Positions 39,230 through 49,063 of a stretch of DNA of 64,000 bases are shown piece by piece. Positions within the stretch are counted from its first letter, which is position 1. The number at the start of each line of letters is the position of its first letter. The notes under the pieces are model-generated. The model did not search any database and was not told where the DNA came from. It saw only the letters and a list, made by a program, of their open reading frames with translations. Origin of the DNA: a virus (Duplodnaviria > Caudoviricetes); IMG/VR virus record IMGVR_UViG_3300020151_001109, positions 1 through 64,000 of that record; one strand, given 5' to 3'. The position numbers and the translations under genes are program-made.

Positions 39230-42200
39230 ATGGCAAAATATAGTATTGCGACGTATGGTGTATCGAAATACGGCGAGCGTGAAGTAAGCAGAACTTACTA
39301 CGCCTCTGGTATTAGATCCTGGTCGTACAACTTTAACTCTATCTCTATAGCTTGGGGATCAATTACCCCTTCTCCAGAGGATTCTGAGCCTACCCACTGG
39401 AGGCTTGTAAGAGGTTTTTCTGGTGTTCCTGACACCCCATTTGACGGAATTTATTTGGATGGAGACGTAATCTCTGCTTTTAGAACTACGTATATTGACA
39501 ACGACGTATCAACAGAAAATAGAGAAGTTAACTATTCAATTTGGGTTTTTGGCGCAAATGCAATAACAGGTGTAAAACGTTGGATTTTTTGCGGAGATAC
39601 CGACATAATTGTAACGCAACAAACAGATACCCTATCTAAATTAATTAACTGGCTTCCTCGTATTTGGTTTAATACTGTTAATGGTGTTGGAGACGCTGTT
39701 GGAGAAGCGGAAACAAATGATCTTTCTAGGACTCTGTCAGCGTACACATTTATGTATGACAAGCTTAATGCTGAAGCAGAACTAATATCTAAGGCATCTT
39801 CAAATATAATACCTAGCGCCTTGCTAGAGTCTCAAGTTTTAGATTTAGGGTTTAATTACGAGCCCGCACTAGGGGACAGCTACCACAGATCTCTTTATAG
39901 AGCAGGAAACGTAATTAATTCTGTCAAGGGAACAAAGGGCGCAGTTTCCGGTTATATTACCGGCCTTACTCACCTAAGCTCTAAAATTAAACTTGGTCAC
40001 AACCTTATGCTAGATTACAATGATTCTTCTTTTGAGGAATCTACGGGTCGTTGGCACATTACCCGCGGAACTAAGGCAACAGTAAAATTTGCTACATCAG
40101 CAGCAACTCTGGGCACAGCTATTACTCCTCCTAAAGCTTGGGTAAATGATTCTTTGTATCCACCAAAAGAATCTGGATTTGGTGTGTTTACTGTTTCTGA
40201 AAGTACGTCTACAGTCTCACCCGCTACACTTCAATTACCTATTGCTAATGCCAATATGCCGCTTTTAGGCATACCGGTTGAGGGAAACAAAGAATACCTA
40301 TATACCGGTTGGTTTAGGCAAATTGACGGTAATGCGTTTACCCTCTCTGTAAAAATTAACTGGTGGAACTACTTAGGAGAAACCCTAAGTTCTACAACCC
40401 TAACCTCCCCAATCACATCTTCAAACTCTTGGCAGGAATTTACTTCAGGATCTTCTGCCGGAAGACTTGGGCGCGTTTCCCCCCTAGATGCGGCGTATGC
40501 CTCTATAGAGCTATTAATAACTCCTAGTACGCTTTCTGAAACAAAAGTTCTTCTAGATAAAACACAATTTTCTGAGTCTAAATACAGCTTAGCTTTTGAA
40601 GACGCTAAACAAGTAAATGTATATGTACAGGGTTCTAAAGAAAATCTAATTCCAAACCCGTCATTTGAAGATGGGGTGGGGGGTTGGTTGTCCTCAACTA
40701 ACTCAAACTTTATTTCTAAGTCTTTTGTTTCGTCTAATGCTATCTTTTTTGGATCATCTGTTGGTGCCCTTACAGCCTTAAACTCCTCGCAAATGTACGT
40801 TTCCAGCGACTGGATTGAAGCAGACCCCGGACAAAACTATACCTTTAGTGCCTATGTCAGTACTGACTCAACAATTATTAACAAAGCAATAATTAAACTA
40901 GAGTTTTCAAATAGAGAGTCTATCGAACAGCAAACCTTAATTTTAAGTGACACTGATGGGGAATATTATGACTCAACTATATACGCAGTACAGTCTGCTG
41001 AAACAGCTTTAACAAATACCCTAGTAAGTTCGCAAAGAGTACCTACTAGAACAAGGATCTCTATATCTGCTATTGCCCCCGCATATACTAGAGACTCGGG
41101 TAATCCTGTAGTAAAAGTGTCTTTTATATTCCCAACCTGTGCTGCTGGTGAGTCTGCGTATATTGACTCATGTTTACTACAGCCAACTGCCCTTTCGCTC
41201 CCATTTTTTGATGGATCTAGCGCCCCAGTATCAAGCACGCCGGTTACTCAACCTTACTTCTTTCCTGGCGACTGTTTGTGGGAATACAAGGATGTATATA
41301 ACTTTATTCAAGAACCTTCTTTTGAAACCATCTCAACTTGGACAGCTAATGTGGGCACATTAACTATGGACTCAACGTCAGGAACAACCCTGGTGCCTGT
41401 AAAGAATTCTAATGGCACATTGGGAACCCCAACAAACGGAACTTACACAGCAAAATACGGATCTAAAATGGGTAAGTTGACCTATGTTGCCGCAACTGGT
41501 GGAAACATATCTACTACCGTTGTTCTTCCATCCCCTGCAAAAGGTGGAGAAGACTTCGTTGTATCTGCCTATGTTCGTGCAGCTGAGGGATCCTATACAC
41601 TTACTGTAGGAAGCAGCACATTCCAATCAGTTACAAGAGTTTCTGATAAAGATAAATATCAGTGGACTAGAATCTCTGCTGTAAAACAATTAGCAGTAGG
41701 AGAAACAACTTTTACTGTAACTATTAAAATTGATCCCCCTTCTGCGGGATATGTGGGGACCCCAACTACGTTCTTCCATATTGACGGAGTTCAGGCTGAG
41801 TATGGAAAAATCCCAAGTGTTTATATTAACCCAGCTTCTACAACCAGCTCTGTAGTTCCTATATCAGGCAGCTCTAACACCTATCTTGTAGATAGAGTTT
41901 TAAACTCTAATGCTAGCCGTAGCTCTTATTTTCCTAACTATGAGGTTAAGTTTTCTAGACTTCGTAACTCACTTGCGTTAGTAATGCCTCACGGTAGCAG
42001 CTGGGCTGTTAAGCCTGGATTGGAGTCTGGTGAGTACCCTGAGTTAATTGAGTCTTTAATTCCGTCAGCTTCTTTTGAAAATAACCTAGATAAGTGGGTT
42101 CCAGAAAACTCATCTCTTATTAGAAAAACATCTAAGGGGTCTCTATTTGGGGATCAGATTACTCATGGAACATCTTGGTGTGAAGTAACTACCTCAGGAA

Positions 42201-42604
42201 CATCTAATGCAACCAAGGTGTTTGGCTTAACTTCTGGAACTGTCCCAGTAGTTTCTGGTCAGGGATACTACGCATCTATTGCTATTAAACCAAAGAATGC
42301 CGCCTCTGCTGGAACTTACAAACTTAAAGCAACTTTTTATACACCTACGGGATCTATCTTGCCGGTCCTAATTCAAGATCCTGCATTTCCTAGCGATCCT
42401 ACAAAGGTACTTGACGTAACAGCTCAGTACATGGAAAAGTCAGTTACGGTAACCAGAACTGATCGATGGGCTTACATATCAAATACCTTCCCATCTTTGG
42501 CTACTTTAAACGCCGCTTCGGCAAAATTGACAATTACATTTATACCGAGTACCTTTGATGCAACCCAAAGTTTTAACATCGATAGGGTTGTATTTAGAGA
42601 GTAG
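39230..42604 (+). CDS. Baseplate/tail protein (P2 gpI-like region plus repeated carbohydrate-binding-like modules)
   Basis: KGT..A...Y segment followed by four N/S L.PNPSFE-type repeats. Confidence 0.65.
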   Translation: MAKYSIATYGVSKYGEREVSRTYYASGIRSWSYNFNSISIAWGSITPSPEDSEPTHWRLVRGFSGVPDTPFDGIYLDGDVISAFRTTYIDNDVSTENREVNYSIWVFGANAITGVKRWIFCGDTDIIVTQQTDTLSKLINWLPRIWFNTVNGVGDAVGEAETNDLSRTLSAYTFMYDKLNAEAELISKASSNIIPSALLESQVLDLGFNYEPALGDSYHRSLYRAGNVINSVKGTKGAVSGYITGLTHLSSKIKLGHNLMLDYNDSSFEESTGRWHITRGTKATVKFATSAATLGTAITPPKAWVNDSLYPPKESGFGVFTVSESTSTVSPATLQLPIANANMPLLGIPVEGNKEYLYTGWFRQIDGNAFTLSVKINWWNYLGETLSSTTLTSPITSSNSWQEFTSGSSAGRLGRVSPLDAAYASIELLITPSTLSETKVLLDKTQFSESKYSLAFEDAKQVNVYVQGSKENLIPNPSFEDGVGGWLSSTNSNFISKSFVSSNAIFFGSSVGALTALNSSQMYVSSDWIEADPGQNYTFSAYVSTDSTIINKAIIKLEFSNRESIEQQTLILSDTDGEYYDSTIYAVQSAETALTNTLVSSQRVPTRTRISISAIAPAYTRDSGNPVVKVSFIFPTCAAGESAYIDSCLLQPTALSLPFFDGSSAPVSSTPVTQPYFFPGDCLWEYKDVYNFIQEPSFETISTWTANVGTLTMDSTSGTTLVPVKNSNGTLGTPTNGTYTAKYGSKMGKLTYVAATGGNISTTVVLPSPAKGGEDFVVSAYVRAAEGSYTLTVGSSTFQSVTRVSDKDKYQWTRISAVKQLAVGETTFTVTIKIDPPSAGYVGTPTTFFHIDGVQAEYGKIPSVYINPASTTSSVVPISGSSNTYLVDRVLNSNASRSSYFPNYEVKFSRLRNSLALVMPHGSSWAVKPGLESGEYPELIESLIPSASFENNLDKWVPENSSLIRKTSKGSLFGDQITHGTSWCEVTTSGTSNATKVFGLTSGTVPVVSGQGYYASIAIKPKNAASAGTYKLKATFYTPTGSILPVLIQDPAFPSDPTKVLDVTAQYMEKSVTVTRTDRWAYISNTFPSLATLNAASAKLTITFIPSTFDATQSFNIDRVVFRE

Positions 42605-42613
42605 GATAGTTAT

Positions 42614-42889
42614 ATGACAACAGTTTTTATTGCTTCACTTGCTGTTGCGTGTGTTTTGTCTGCCGTAGAGAGTTTAATACTATCTATAGGTAAATGGAGA
42701 GGTTTATTAGCTTTAGCCCTTTCTGTCCCTTTTTGTCTACTTTTAGGTTCTAGCCTGCAAGTTCTGCTCGTCTATTCTTTGGCGGCAACTTTTTTGGGTT
42801 TGACAATGTCAATAGTCGTAGAGCAAACTTTCACCGGAATATCAGTTCGAGAATTTAGGGGACTACCCCAAAAGGTTGATAAGATCTAA
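42614..42889 (+). CDS. Small membrane protein (leaderless)
   Basis: About three hydrophobic segments; TAGGAT -10 lies 6 nt upstream of the ATG. Confidence 0.65.
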   Translation: MTTVFIASLAVACVLSAVESLILSIGKWRGLLALALSVPFCLLLGSSLQVLLVYSLAATFLGLTMSIVVEQTFTGISVREFRGLPQKVDKI

Positions 42890-42908
42890 AAATTAAGAAA
42901 GAGGGCAA

Positions 42909-43862
42909 ATGCACGCACCAAATACAAACCCACACCTGTCGGGATTAGCCAGGGCTACGTGGATGTTATTTGCCACTGTGGGAAGAGTTATGTCTTCTAG
43001 TGAGATTCAAGAAGGCAACTACATGAACGAGGGCCGAGACGCAATCAGATCGGCTATGACCGAGCTTAAACGCGCCGGATATATAAAGGCCGTGAAAGAG
43101 CAGACATCTAACGGTCGATGGGTTACGTCCCTTAAATTTACGGAGATTGGTAAAAAGTACGTCGACTTATTTAACTGGAATTACCAGCCAGTACCGACGC
43201 CTGATTTACCGACGCCTGGAATACCGTACGTCGGTGAACCAGTCACTACTAGTAGTAAGTCATTAGAGAGCTATAAAGAATTAGAATTACTACGTAATTC
43301 TAATCAATCGGGTGCCCCGATAACCAAGGAGGTTGAAATGGGTTGGCCAATTCTGGAAGAAGGCGAAGAGCCTAAGAAGAAAAAGCGTGGCTTTGTAGAA
43401 GACTCAGATTCTGGTGCTGTTGGAAAGATCCAGGATAAGCAGGCTAAGATTAACTTGAAGTACAAAGCAACAACCTTTGAAGCCGTCCCGGCATCTATGC
43501 GCAGATATGAACGCCTAGAAGACAACTGGACTACAGATGATTTGATTGCTGAGTTCTACGACAAGATCCGCGAACACTGTCCCGGCACTCCAGGACAAGT
43601 CAACGGCAAATCTTTAATTAGCTGGATGAATAAACTTGTGGGCCAGGGAGTTCACAGAACTTCAATCCTAAAAGGGATCCGTATGTTCTTTGCTGATCCT
43701 AGAAATTTACACAACTCCGGAATAGGAACACCAATGTGGCGTCGCTTCATTGCCTACTACCCAACAATCCACGGGTTGACAACAAAGTCTGAGGTCGAGT
43801 ATGTTGACGACAACTTCTTGGCACACCAAGAAAAAATGTTAAAACTACTTGGAGGCAACTAA
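42909..43862 (+). CDS. Replication initiator-like protein (N-terminal winged HTH)
   Basis: LSGLAR...EGRDAIRSAMTELKRAGYI pattern; internal repeats; coupled to a DnaC-like gene. Confidence 0.65.
   Translation: MHAPNTNPHLSGLARATWMLFATVGRVMSSSEIQEGNYMNEGRDAIRSAMTELKRAGYIKAVKEQTSNGRWVTSLKFTEIGKKYVDLFNWNYQPVPTPDLPTPGIPYVGEPVTTSSKSLESYKELELLRNSNQSGAPITKEVEMGWPILEEGEEPKKKKRGFVEDSDSGAVGKIQDKQAKINLKYKATTFEAVPASMRRYERLEDNWTTDDLIAEFYDKIREHCPGTPGQVNGKSLISWMNKLVGQGVHRTSILKGIRMFFADPRNLHNSGIGTPMWRRFIAYYPTIHGLTTKSEVEYVDDNFLAHQEKMLKLLGGN
43181..43320. repeat. Iteron-like repeats and palindromes (candidate origin)
   Basis: TACCGACGCCTG at 43192 and 43207, TACCGTACGTCGGT at 43222, ACTACTAGTAGT, and ATTAGAATTAC-tac-GTAATTCTAAT. 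Confidence 0.55.
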
Positions 43863-44551
43863 TGTACGACCTTAGCCAAGAACGCCCAAGCACTAGAAGT
43901 CGGCTCACACGTTCAGGTGTCCCAGTAAAAACCCTGGGTATGGAATTTTCAGATCTAGACGATTCTGATACCAAAACCCAAGTCATGGCTTGGACGGAGT
44001 CAGTTCTATCTGGAAAGGTCATTAGAACCCCTGGATCCCCGATTTGCGGCCTTGGCATCCTTTTAGTAGGTAAACCGGGTCACGGGAAGACCACCATAGC
44101 CTCTGTGGCCCTTCAAAGCCTTATTAGGGGTATCCCCGATCGTTTATACGGTCCAACGGAAGCCCTGCCTCCACGCCTAGGGGCTTTTATGGACTATCCA
44201 AAGCTTTTGCGTACTCAGAAGGCTCAGTTCAATGAGGAGAACGACTCTGACCAGCGAGAGATCGATGCAATCTTTGGAGACCTAAGCGCTACCGAGAACC
44301 TACAGCTGTTTGTGTTGGACGACATTGGCAAGGAATACCGGACCGCTACAGGCTGGGCCGAGAATACATTTGACGCCCTGCTACGTTCCCGGTTTAATTC
44401 TGGCTTACCAACCATCATTACAACAAACGTCCCGACGAAAGATTGGGAAACTGTGTATGGTGAGCCTATGTCCAGTTTTATACACGAAGCATTTATACCA
44501 TTAGTCGTAAATGCTCCAAAAGGAGATCGGAGAAGAAATGAAAAAGAATAA
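43862..44551 (+). CDS. DnaC/IstB-like AAA+ helicase loader
   Basis: GKPGHGKT, FVLDDIGKE, R..SGLPTIITTN and GDRR motifs. Confidence 0.85.
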   Translation: MYDLSQERPSTRSRLTRSGVPVKTLGMEFSDLDDSDTKTQVMAWTESVLSGKVIRTPGSPICGLGILLVGKPGHGKTTIASVALQSLIRGIPDRLYGPTEALPPRLGAFMDYPKLLRTQKAQFNEENDSDQREIDAIFGDLSATENLQLFVLDDIGKEYRTATGWAENTFDALLRSRFNSGLPTIITTNVPTKDWETVYGEPMSSFIHEAFIPLVVNAPKGDRRRNEKE

Positions 44552-44846
44552 CTTTAGAAAGTCACAACTTCCGGGTTGGAAAACAATACAGTTTTTTATC
44601 TTTAGCTCAGGAGTAAGCGAAGTTCAGATCTTTACTGACTCTAGCCTTAGATGTTCTTGTGATGGGTTTGAGACCAGAGGATTTTGTAGGCACGTAAACT
44701 GGTGCAAGTCACGCCTTAGTGATGGCATGTACCCGATAGAGATTACTTCTAAAGTAATTCCCAGAGAAGAAATTGATGCGGCTGAGGTTTCAGTAGACGC
44801 GTTTAGAGAATTAATTTTGAAATACGGAAAACCTTTGGTATTGTAA
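44538..44846 (+). CDS. SWIM zinc-finger protein
   Basis: CSC.......CRH motif. Confidence 0.7.
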   Translation: MKKNNFRKSQLPGWKTIQFFIFSSGVSEVQIFTDSSLRCSCDGFETRGFCRHVNWCKSRLSDGMYPIEITSKVIPREEIDAAEVSVDAFRELILKYGKPLVL

Positions 44847-44850
44847 TGAT

Positions 44851-45261
44851 ATGCAAAAAGGAGACATATCTAACGAAGTACCACTTCGTGTAGTAGTAAC
44901 TCTTGATTGCATCTTAAATAAAAGACCAGCTGTAAAGAAAACCTTAGCTGGTTTAATTACTCTCCACACAGAAGAAGTTACTTATAATCGAGTAGCGTTA
45001 TCTTTATTCTGGAGATTTGCTCAGAAAAATGATTTCAGTATGGAACTTGTGGGTTTTGGATACACAAGAAAAGAAATGAAAGAAATCATGGAGGATCTAG
45101 ATAATCTAGGTACTAATCCGTTTAACTATACAAATAGTTATCCTGTAGTGGCGGACCTAGTTGGAGAACTCCCATATAGACCAGAGCTTAAATATGTGGT
45201 AGACATACCTAGTAGAAGCCTTAGATACGGCGGGAAATATTTAGATATGGGGAGAATGTAA
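44851..45261 (+). CDS. Hypothetical protein (possible degenerate HAD fold)
   Basis: Operon position; VVVTLDCIL near the N-terminus. Confidence 0.6.
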   Translation: MQKGDISNEVPLRVVVTLDCILNKRPAVKKTLAGLITLHTEEVTYNRVALSLFWRFAQKNDFSMELVGFGYTRKEMKEIMEDLDNLGTNPFNYTNSYPVVADLVGELPYRPELKYVVDIPSRSLRYGGKYLDMGRM

Positions 45262-46481
45262 TGGCTGCAGATAATGAAGTGAGGCTAATATCTCGTGCTA
45301 TTCGCACTAGAGATATCTCCCCTCTTTTAGAGCGCGGTGTTGAGAGCAATTGGTTTTTTAATGAGGACAGCAGAGTTATTTGGGATTTCTTAAGAAATCA
45401 TTGGACTAAGTATCAAGAAGTACCTACAGCAACAACGGTTCTAGATAACTTCCCAACTTATAAACTGTTAGCTGTAGACGACTCACTGGATTATTTATTA
45501 GATCAATTAATTGAATTTAGAAAACGCCAAAAGTCTATTGAAGTTGTACAACAAGCTGCAGATGCTATCGCTGTTGGTGATCACAACTCTGCAATTAAAA
45601 TTATGGGCCAGGGCTTTGCAACCCTTATAGATGAAGGATCATATTCCCCAACTGAAATTGATTTGACTAAAGATGCTATGGGTCGTTACCAAGAGTATCT
45701 AGATATTAAAACTCGTCCTAACGGTCTACTCGGTCTTGCTACAGGATTCCAGGTTATGGATATGGCTACAGCAGGATTACAGCCAGGACAACTTGTAACT
45801 ATCATTGCCCCACCAAAGACCGGTAAATCTGTACTTGCAATGCAGATGGCCGTTAACGTACATAATGACGGCTTTGTCCCTATGTTCCAGTCTTTCGAGA
45901 TGAGTAACCTTGAGCAACAGCATCGTCACGACGCTATGCGAGCGCACATATCTCATGGTCGTATGGTTCGTGGAGCACTTAATCCTTCTGAGGAAACGCG
46001 CTATCAAAAGATGCTCACCGATATGGAAGGCATGCACAAGTTTTATCTAACCGAATCTATATCCGGCGCAACAGTTTCTCAGTTAGCCATAAAGCTTGAG
46101 AAGCTTCGCCCGCAGATCTTGTTTGTAGACGGTGTGTATTTGATGTTTGACGAGATAAGTCAAGAACGCGGAACACCGCTTGCTCTTAAGAACATTACTC
46201 AGTCAATGAAACGTTTAGCTCAGAAATATTCAATACCAATTGTTCAGAGCACACAGGTTTTAAGTTATAAGATGAAGAAAGGCCAGGTAACCGCTGACTC
46301 TATTGGTTACTCATCTTCCTTCCACCAAGACTCTGACGTTATCTTTGCTCTGCAGAGACAAGATGAAGAAGATGACAGCTCTCGTTTGCTAAGGATTGTT
46401 GCAAGCCGTAATTGTGGCCCAGCGGAGGTTGAATTGCTTTGGGATTGGGAAGAGGGGAAGTTTCAAGAATATGGAGCTTAA
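45261..46481 (+). CDS. dnaB: DnaB-like replicative helicase
   Basis: TGF..MD..T.GLQPGQL, APPKTGKS, SFEMS, FVDGVYLM, QDSDV and SRN motifs. Confidence 0.9.
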   Translation: MAADNEVRLISRAIRTRDISPLLERGVESNWFFNEDSRVIWDFLRNHWTKYQEVPTATTVLDNFPTYKLLAVDDSLDYLLDQLIEFRKRQKSIEVVQQAADAIAVGDHNSAIKIMGQGFATLIDEGSYSPTEIDLTKDAMGRYQEYLDIKTRPNGLLGLATGFQVMDMATAGLQPGQLVTIIAPPKTGKSVLAMQMAVNVHNDGFVPMFQSFEMSNLEQQHRHDAMRAHISHGRMVRGALNPSEETRYQKMLTDMEGMHKFYLTESISGATVSQLAIKLEKLRPQILFVDGVYLMFDEISQERGTPLALKNITQSMKRLAQKYSIPIVQSTQVLSYKMKKGQVTADSIGYSSSFHQDSDVIFALQRQDEEDDSSRLLRIVASRNCGPAEVELLWDWEEGKFQEYGA

Positions 46482-46734
46482 TATTGAGTATTCAGACTAT
46501 CCGTTTAACGGAACTCAGCTATGTAATGATTTAAATTCTAATCTTTTCTTTCCTGAGGAGTACACCGACCCAGAGGCACTTAGAGAAGCTAAAAGCATTT
46601 GTTCTTCTTGTCCGCTCGTTAATCAATGCCTGGAGTACGCCATAAAGACTCCGTGGCTAGACGGAATTTGGGGCGGAACCACTCCTCGTCAAAGAATACG
46701 AATGCGTGGAGCTAAAAATAGGGCTAATAGATGA
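46471..46734 (+). CDS. whiB: WhiB-family transcription factor
   Basis: C......LFFP...AKSICSSCP...CLEYA...GIWGGTT..QR. Confidence 0.9.
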   Translation: MELNIEYSDYPFNGTQLCNDLNSNLFFPEEYTDPEALREAKSICSSCPLVNQCLEYAIKTPWLDGIWGGTTPRQRIRMRGAKNRANR

Positions 46735-46949
46735 GTAAATCCTTTAGGCAATTAAAGCCTGATTACACAGGGACTATGGAATACGAAAATGTCGTATGCC
46801 ACGAATGCCCCCATTGTGAATCTAATCTTTGGCGCATACACGCCAGTTTTGACGATTACGAGATATCGCAGTATCTTTTAGACATGGAGTGCGCAATTTG
46901 TGGTACATACGCAAAAGCTCCAACGCCGTTAGATAGGGGAAATATATGA
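46731..46949 (+). CDS. Small zinc-ribbon protein
   Basis: CPHC...CAICG motifs; ATGA coupling. Confidence 0.7.
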   Translation: MSKSFRQLKPDYTGTMEYENVVCHECPHCESNLWRIHASFDDYEISQYLLDMECAICGTYAKAPTPLDRGNI

Positions 46950-47221
46950 GTCCAGAAATAGTTACGCTAGAGCATTCAGATATGGTCTTTAAACGCGCCC
47001 ATTCTAAAGGGTCTTGTAGAGGCCCATACTGCACAATCCATAATCGTTCTGATCATCACATGCGATCATTCCCTCAAATTTGGAATCCCATGATTTTCTG
47101 TATGCAACGCGTATGTTCTCACGGAGTAGGCCATCCGGATCCAGATGAAATCAATAACGATATTGTCGTCAAAATAGATCATGAGACGAACTGTTGTGGT
47201 TGCTGTGTACCGCGAGGGTGA
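46946..47221 (+). CDS. His/Cys-rich hypothetical protein
   Basis: H...C.GPYC.IH..SDHHM...C.HGVGHPDPD...CCGCC. Confidence 0.7.
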   Translation: MSPEIVTLEHSDMVFKRAHSKGSCRGPYCTIHNRSDHHMRSFPQIWNPMIFCMQRVCSHGVGHPDPDEINNDIVVKIDHETNCCGCCVPRG

Positions 47222-48194
47222 AGTTCAAAAAGCTCTTTTAAAGCTTGGCATAGACTGCTCAGAGGTTCGCAATGAACTACAGGGCCACTGTCCTTTACAC
47301 AAAGAGCGTACCGGCAGAGAAGATATAAACCCTTCTTGGTCCATGAATCAAGAGACCGGTGTTCATCACTGTTTTTCTTGCGGATACCGGGGAACACTTT
47401 TAAGTCTGGTAGCCGAGTTAAAAGAGTTTAAGACTTCTTTCGGTTTATTAGATTTTGAGGCGGCAAAGGGCTGGCTTACTTCTCATGTAGATGTTGACTT
47501 AGCTCAGCTAGTACGTCAAATGGAAGATGCAAAAAACAGTTATGTACGTTTACGTCAACCGGTTGCTATGGGTGAAGCAAGATTAGCTGTGTTCACTGAT
47601 CCTATAGATTCCGCGTTATCTGCGCGAGGATTAACTCTTGAGGCCTGTAAAACTTACTCAGTTAAGTGGGATAACAAAAAATCTATCTGGATTATTCCCA
47701 TAAGAAATGCTGATACCGGAGGATTAATGGGTTGGCAGGAAAAAGGTCAGGGACACAAGCATTTCTTTAACCGACCACCGGGAATACAAAAATCTAAAAC
47801 TTTGTTTGGAATAACGGAGTGGGCTGGCCCAACTATGGTTGTTGTCGAATCCCCATTAGATGCCGTCAAGGTGGGGGTCTGTCGAAATTCGACAGAGGGC
47901 GTCGCTTTGTGTGGTGTTACGGTAAGCGCAGCTCAGATAGATATAATGAAGCGAGCAGATAAACTCATACTAGCTTTTGATAACCCCAACGTTGATTCTG
48001 CAGGCAAAGCCGCTCTTGAGGCTTTTGTAGCCGTAGCTAGAAGCAATGGGATTGAGTTTTGGGCGTTTAACTATGGGGACTCAACCGCTAAAGATATTGG
48101 AGAAATGACCCCAGATGAGGTAGTATTTGGAATAGAGCATGCAACGCATTGCGTTATGTTGAGGGGATCATTAAATGTCAAAAGTAGGAACTAA
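47205..48194 (+). CDS. dnaG: DNA primase (CHC2 zinc finger plus TOPRIM)
   Basis: CPLH...PSWS...HCFSCG, VVESPLD and AFDN motifs; GTG start assumed (the ORF is open from 47181). Confidence 0.88.
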   Translation: MYREGEVQKALLKLGIDCSEVRNELQGHCPLHKERTGREDINPSWSMNQETGVHHCFSCGYRGTLLSLVAELKEFKTSFGLLDFEAAKGWLTSHVDVDLAQLVRQMEDAKNSYVRLRQPVAMGEARLAVFTDPIDSALSARGLTLEACKTYSVKWDNKKSIWIIPIRNADTGGLMGWQEKGQGHKHFFNRPPGIQKSKTLFGITEWAGPTMVVVESPLDAVKVGVCRNSTEGVALCGVTVSAAQIDIMKRADKLILAFDNPNVDSAGKAALEAFVAVARSNGIEFWAFNYGDSTAKDIGEMTPDEVVFGIEHATHCVMLRGSLNVKSRN

Positions 48195-48297
48195 AGGGTA
48201 TTGCAGTGATTGCGGTGATTGGGCAACGGACTGTAAGACACTAATTATAGCCAGCATCCCAGAAAAAGTTTGTAAGAATTGCAGGGATAAGCGATGA
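48175..48297 (+). CDS. 40-aa zinc-finger microprotein (not in ORF track)
   Basis: SD GAGGGG; MSKVGTKGYCSDC...VCKNCRDKR; ATGA-coupled to the next gene. Confidence 0.65.
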   Translation: MSKVGTKGYCSDCGDWATDCKTLIIASIPEKVCKNCRDKR

Positions 48298-48827
48298 TTA
48301 TTGGGCTTACCGGTTACGCTCAGTCTGGAAAAGACTCCGTAGCAAACATCCTTGTAGAGAATTACGGGTATCAACGAATCGCTTTTGCTGACCCCATACG
48401 TGACCTATTATATGCCACCAATCCAATGCTTAAAGAAGGGTATAGAGTTAAGGGATTGGTTGACGTATACGGGTGGGACAGAGTTAAAGTCGATTATCCC
48501 GAAGCTCGACGCCTTCTTCAAGAATTAGGTGTTGGTGCCCGTAAAGTTTTTGGTGATATGTTCTGGGTAAAACAAGCTCTACGCCAACTTGAAGTTGAGG
48601 GTAACTTTGTAATAACAGACGTTAGATATCCAAATGAAGCTAAAGCAATCAGGGAACATCAAGGCTCTCAAATTTGGCGTGTAAAGCGTTCCGGTGTTGA
48701 TGCTGTAAACTCTCATGATTCCGAATCCGCTATGGATGGGGAAAAGGTCGACCAGATCTTCGTTAATAACGGAACTTTGGAAGATCTCAAAGTTTTAATT
48801 AATACAAGAATGCGAGCATACATATGA
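48294..48827 (+). CDS. Deoxynucleoside monophosphate kinase
   Basis: IIGLTGYAQSGKD, FADPIR, RRLLQELG, ITDVRYPNE and HDSE motifs. Confidence 0.88.
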   Translation: MIIGLTGYAQSGKDSVANILVENYGYQRIAFADPIRDLLYATNPMLKEGYRVKGLVDVYGWDRVKVDYPEARRLLQELGVGARKVFGDMFWVKQALRQLEVEGNFVITDVRYPNEAKAIREHQGSQIWRVKRSGVDAVNSHDSESAMDGEKVDQIFVNNGTLEDLKVLINTRMRAYI

Positions 48828-49063
48828 TTATGGAGTATGGGTCTTGGGTCCTAGCCGTTATAGGTGTTGCTGGAATTTATTTTGTTGGGCGTAAAACTAT
48901 CTGGGGATGGCTAGTTCTTCTTTTTAATGAGGTTTTGTGGATTGGGTATGCATTAACTACTGACCAGTACGGCTTTATTTTCTCTGCTCTTGCCTACGCT
49001 CTTGTTTATATCAGATCTTATATTCACTGGTCTAAAGACAGAGTTAACGAGATTCCGTTGTGA
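48824..49063 (+). CDS. Small 3-TM PnuC-like membrane protein
   Basis: W.L..IG..G......K..WGW......LW..Y.....YG......Y....I.S...W pattern. Confidence 0.55.
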   Translation: MIMEYGSWVLAVIGVAGIYFVGRKTIWGWLVLLFNEVLWIGYALTTDQYGFIFSALAYALVYIRSYIHWSKDRVNEIPL

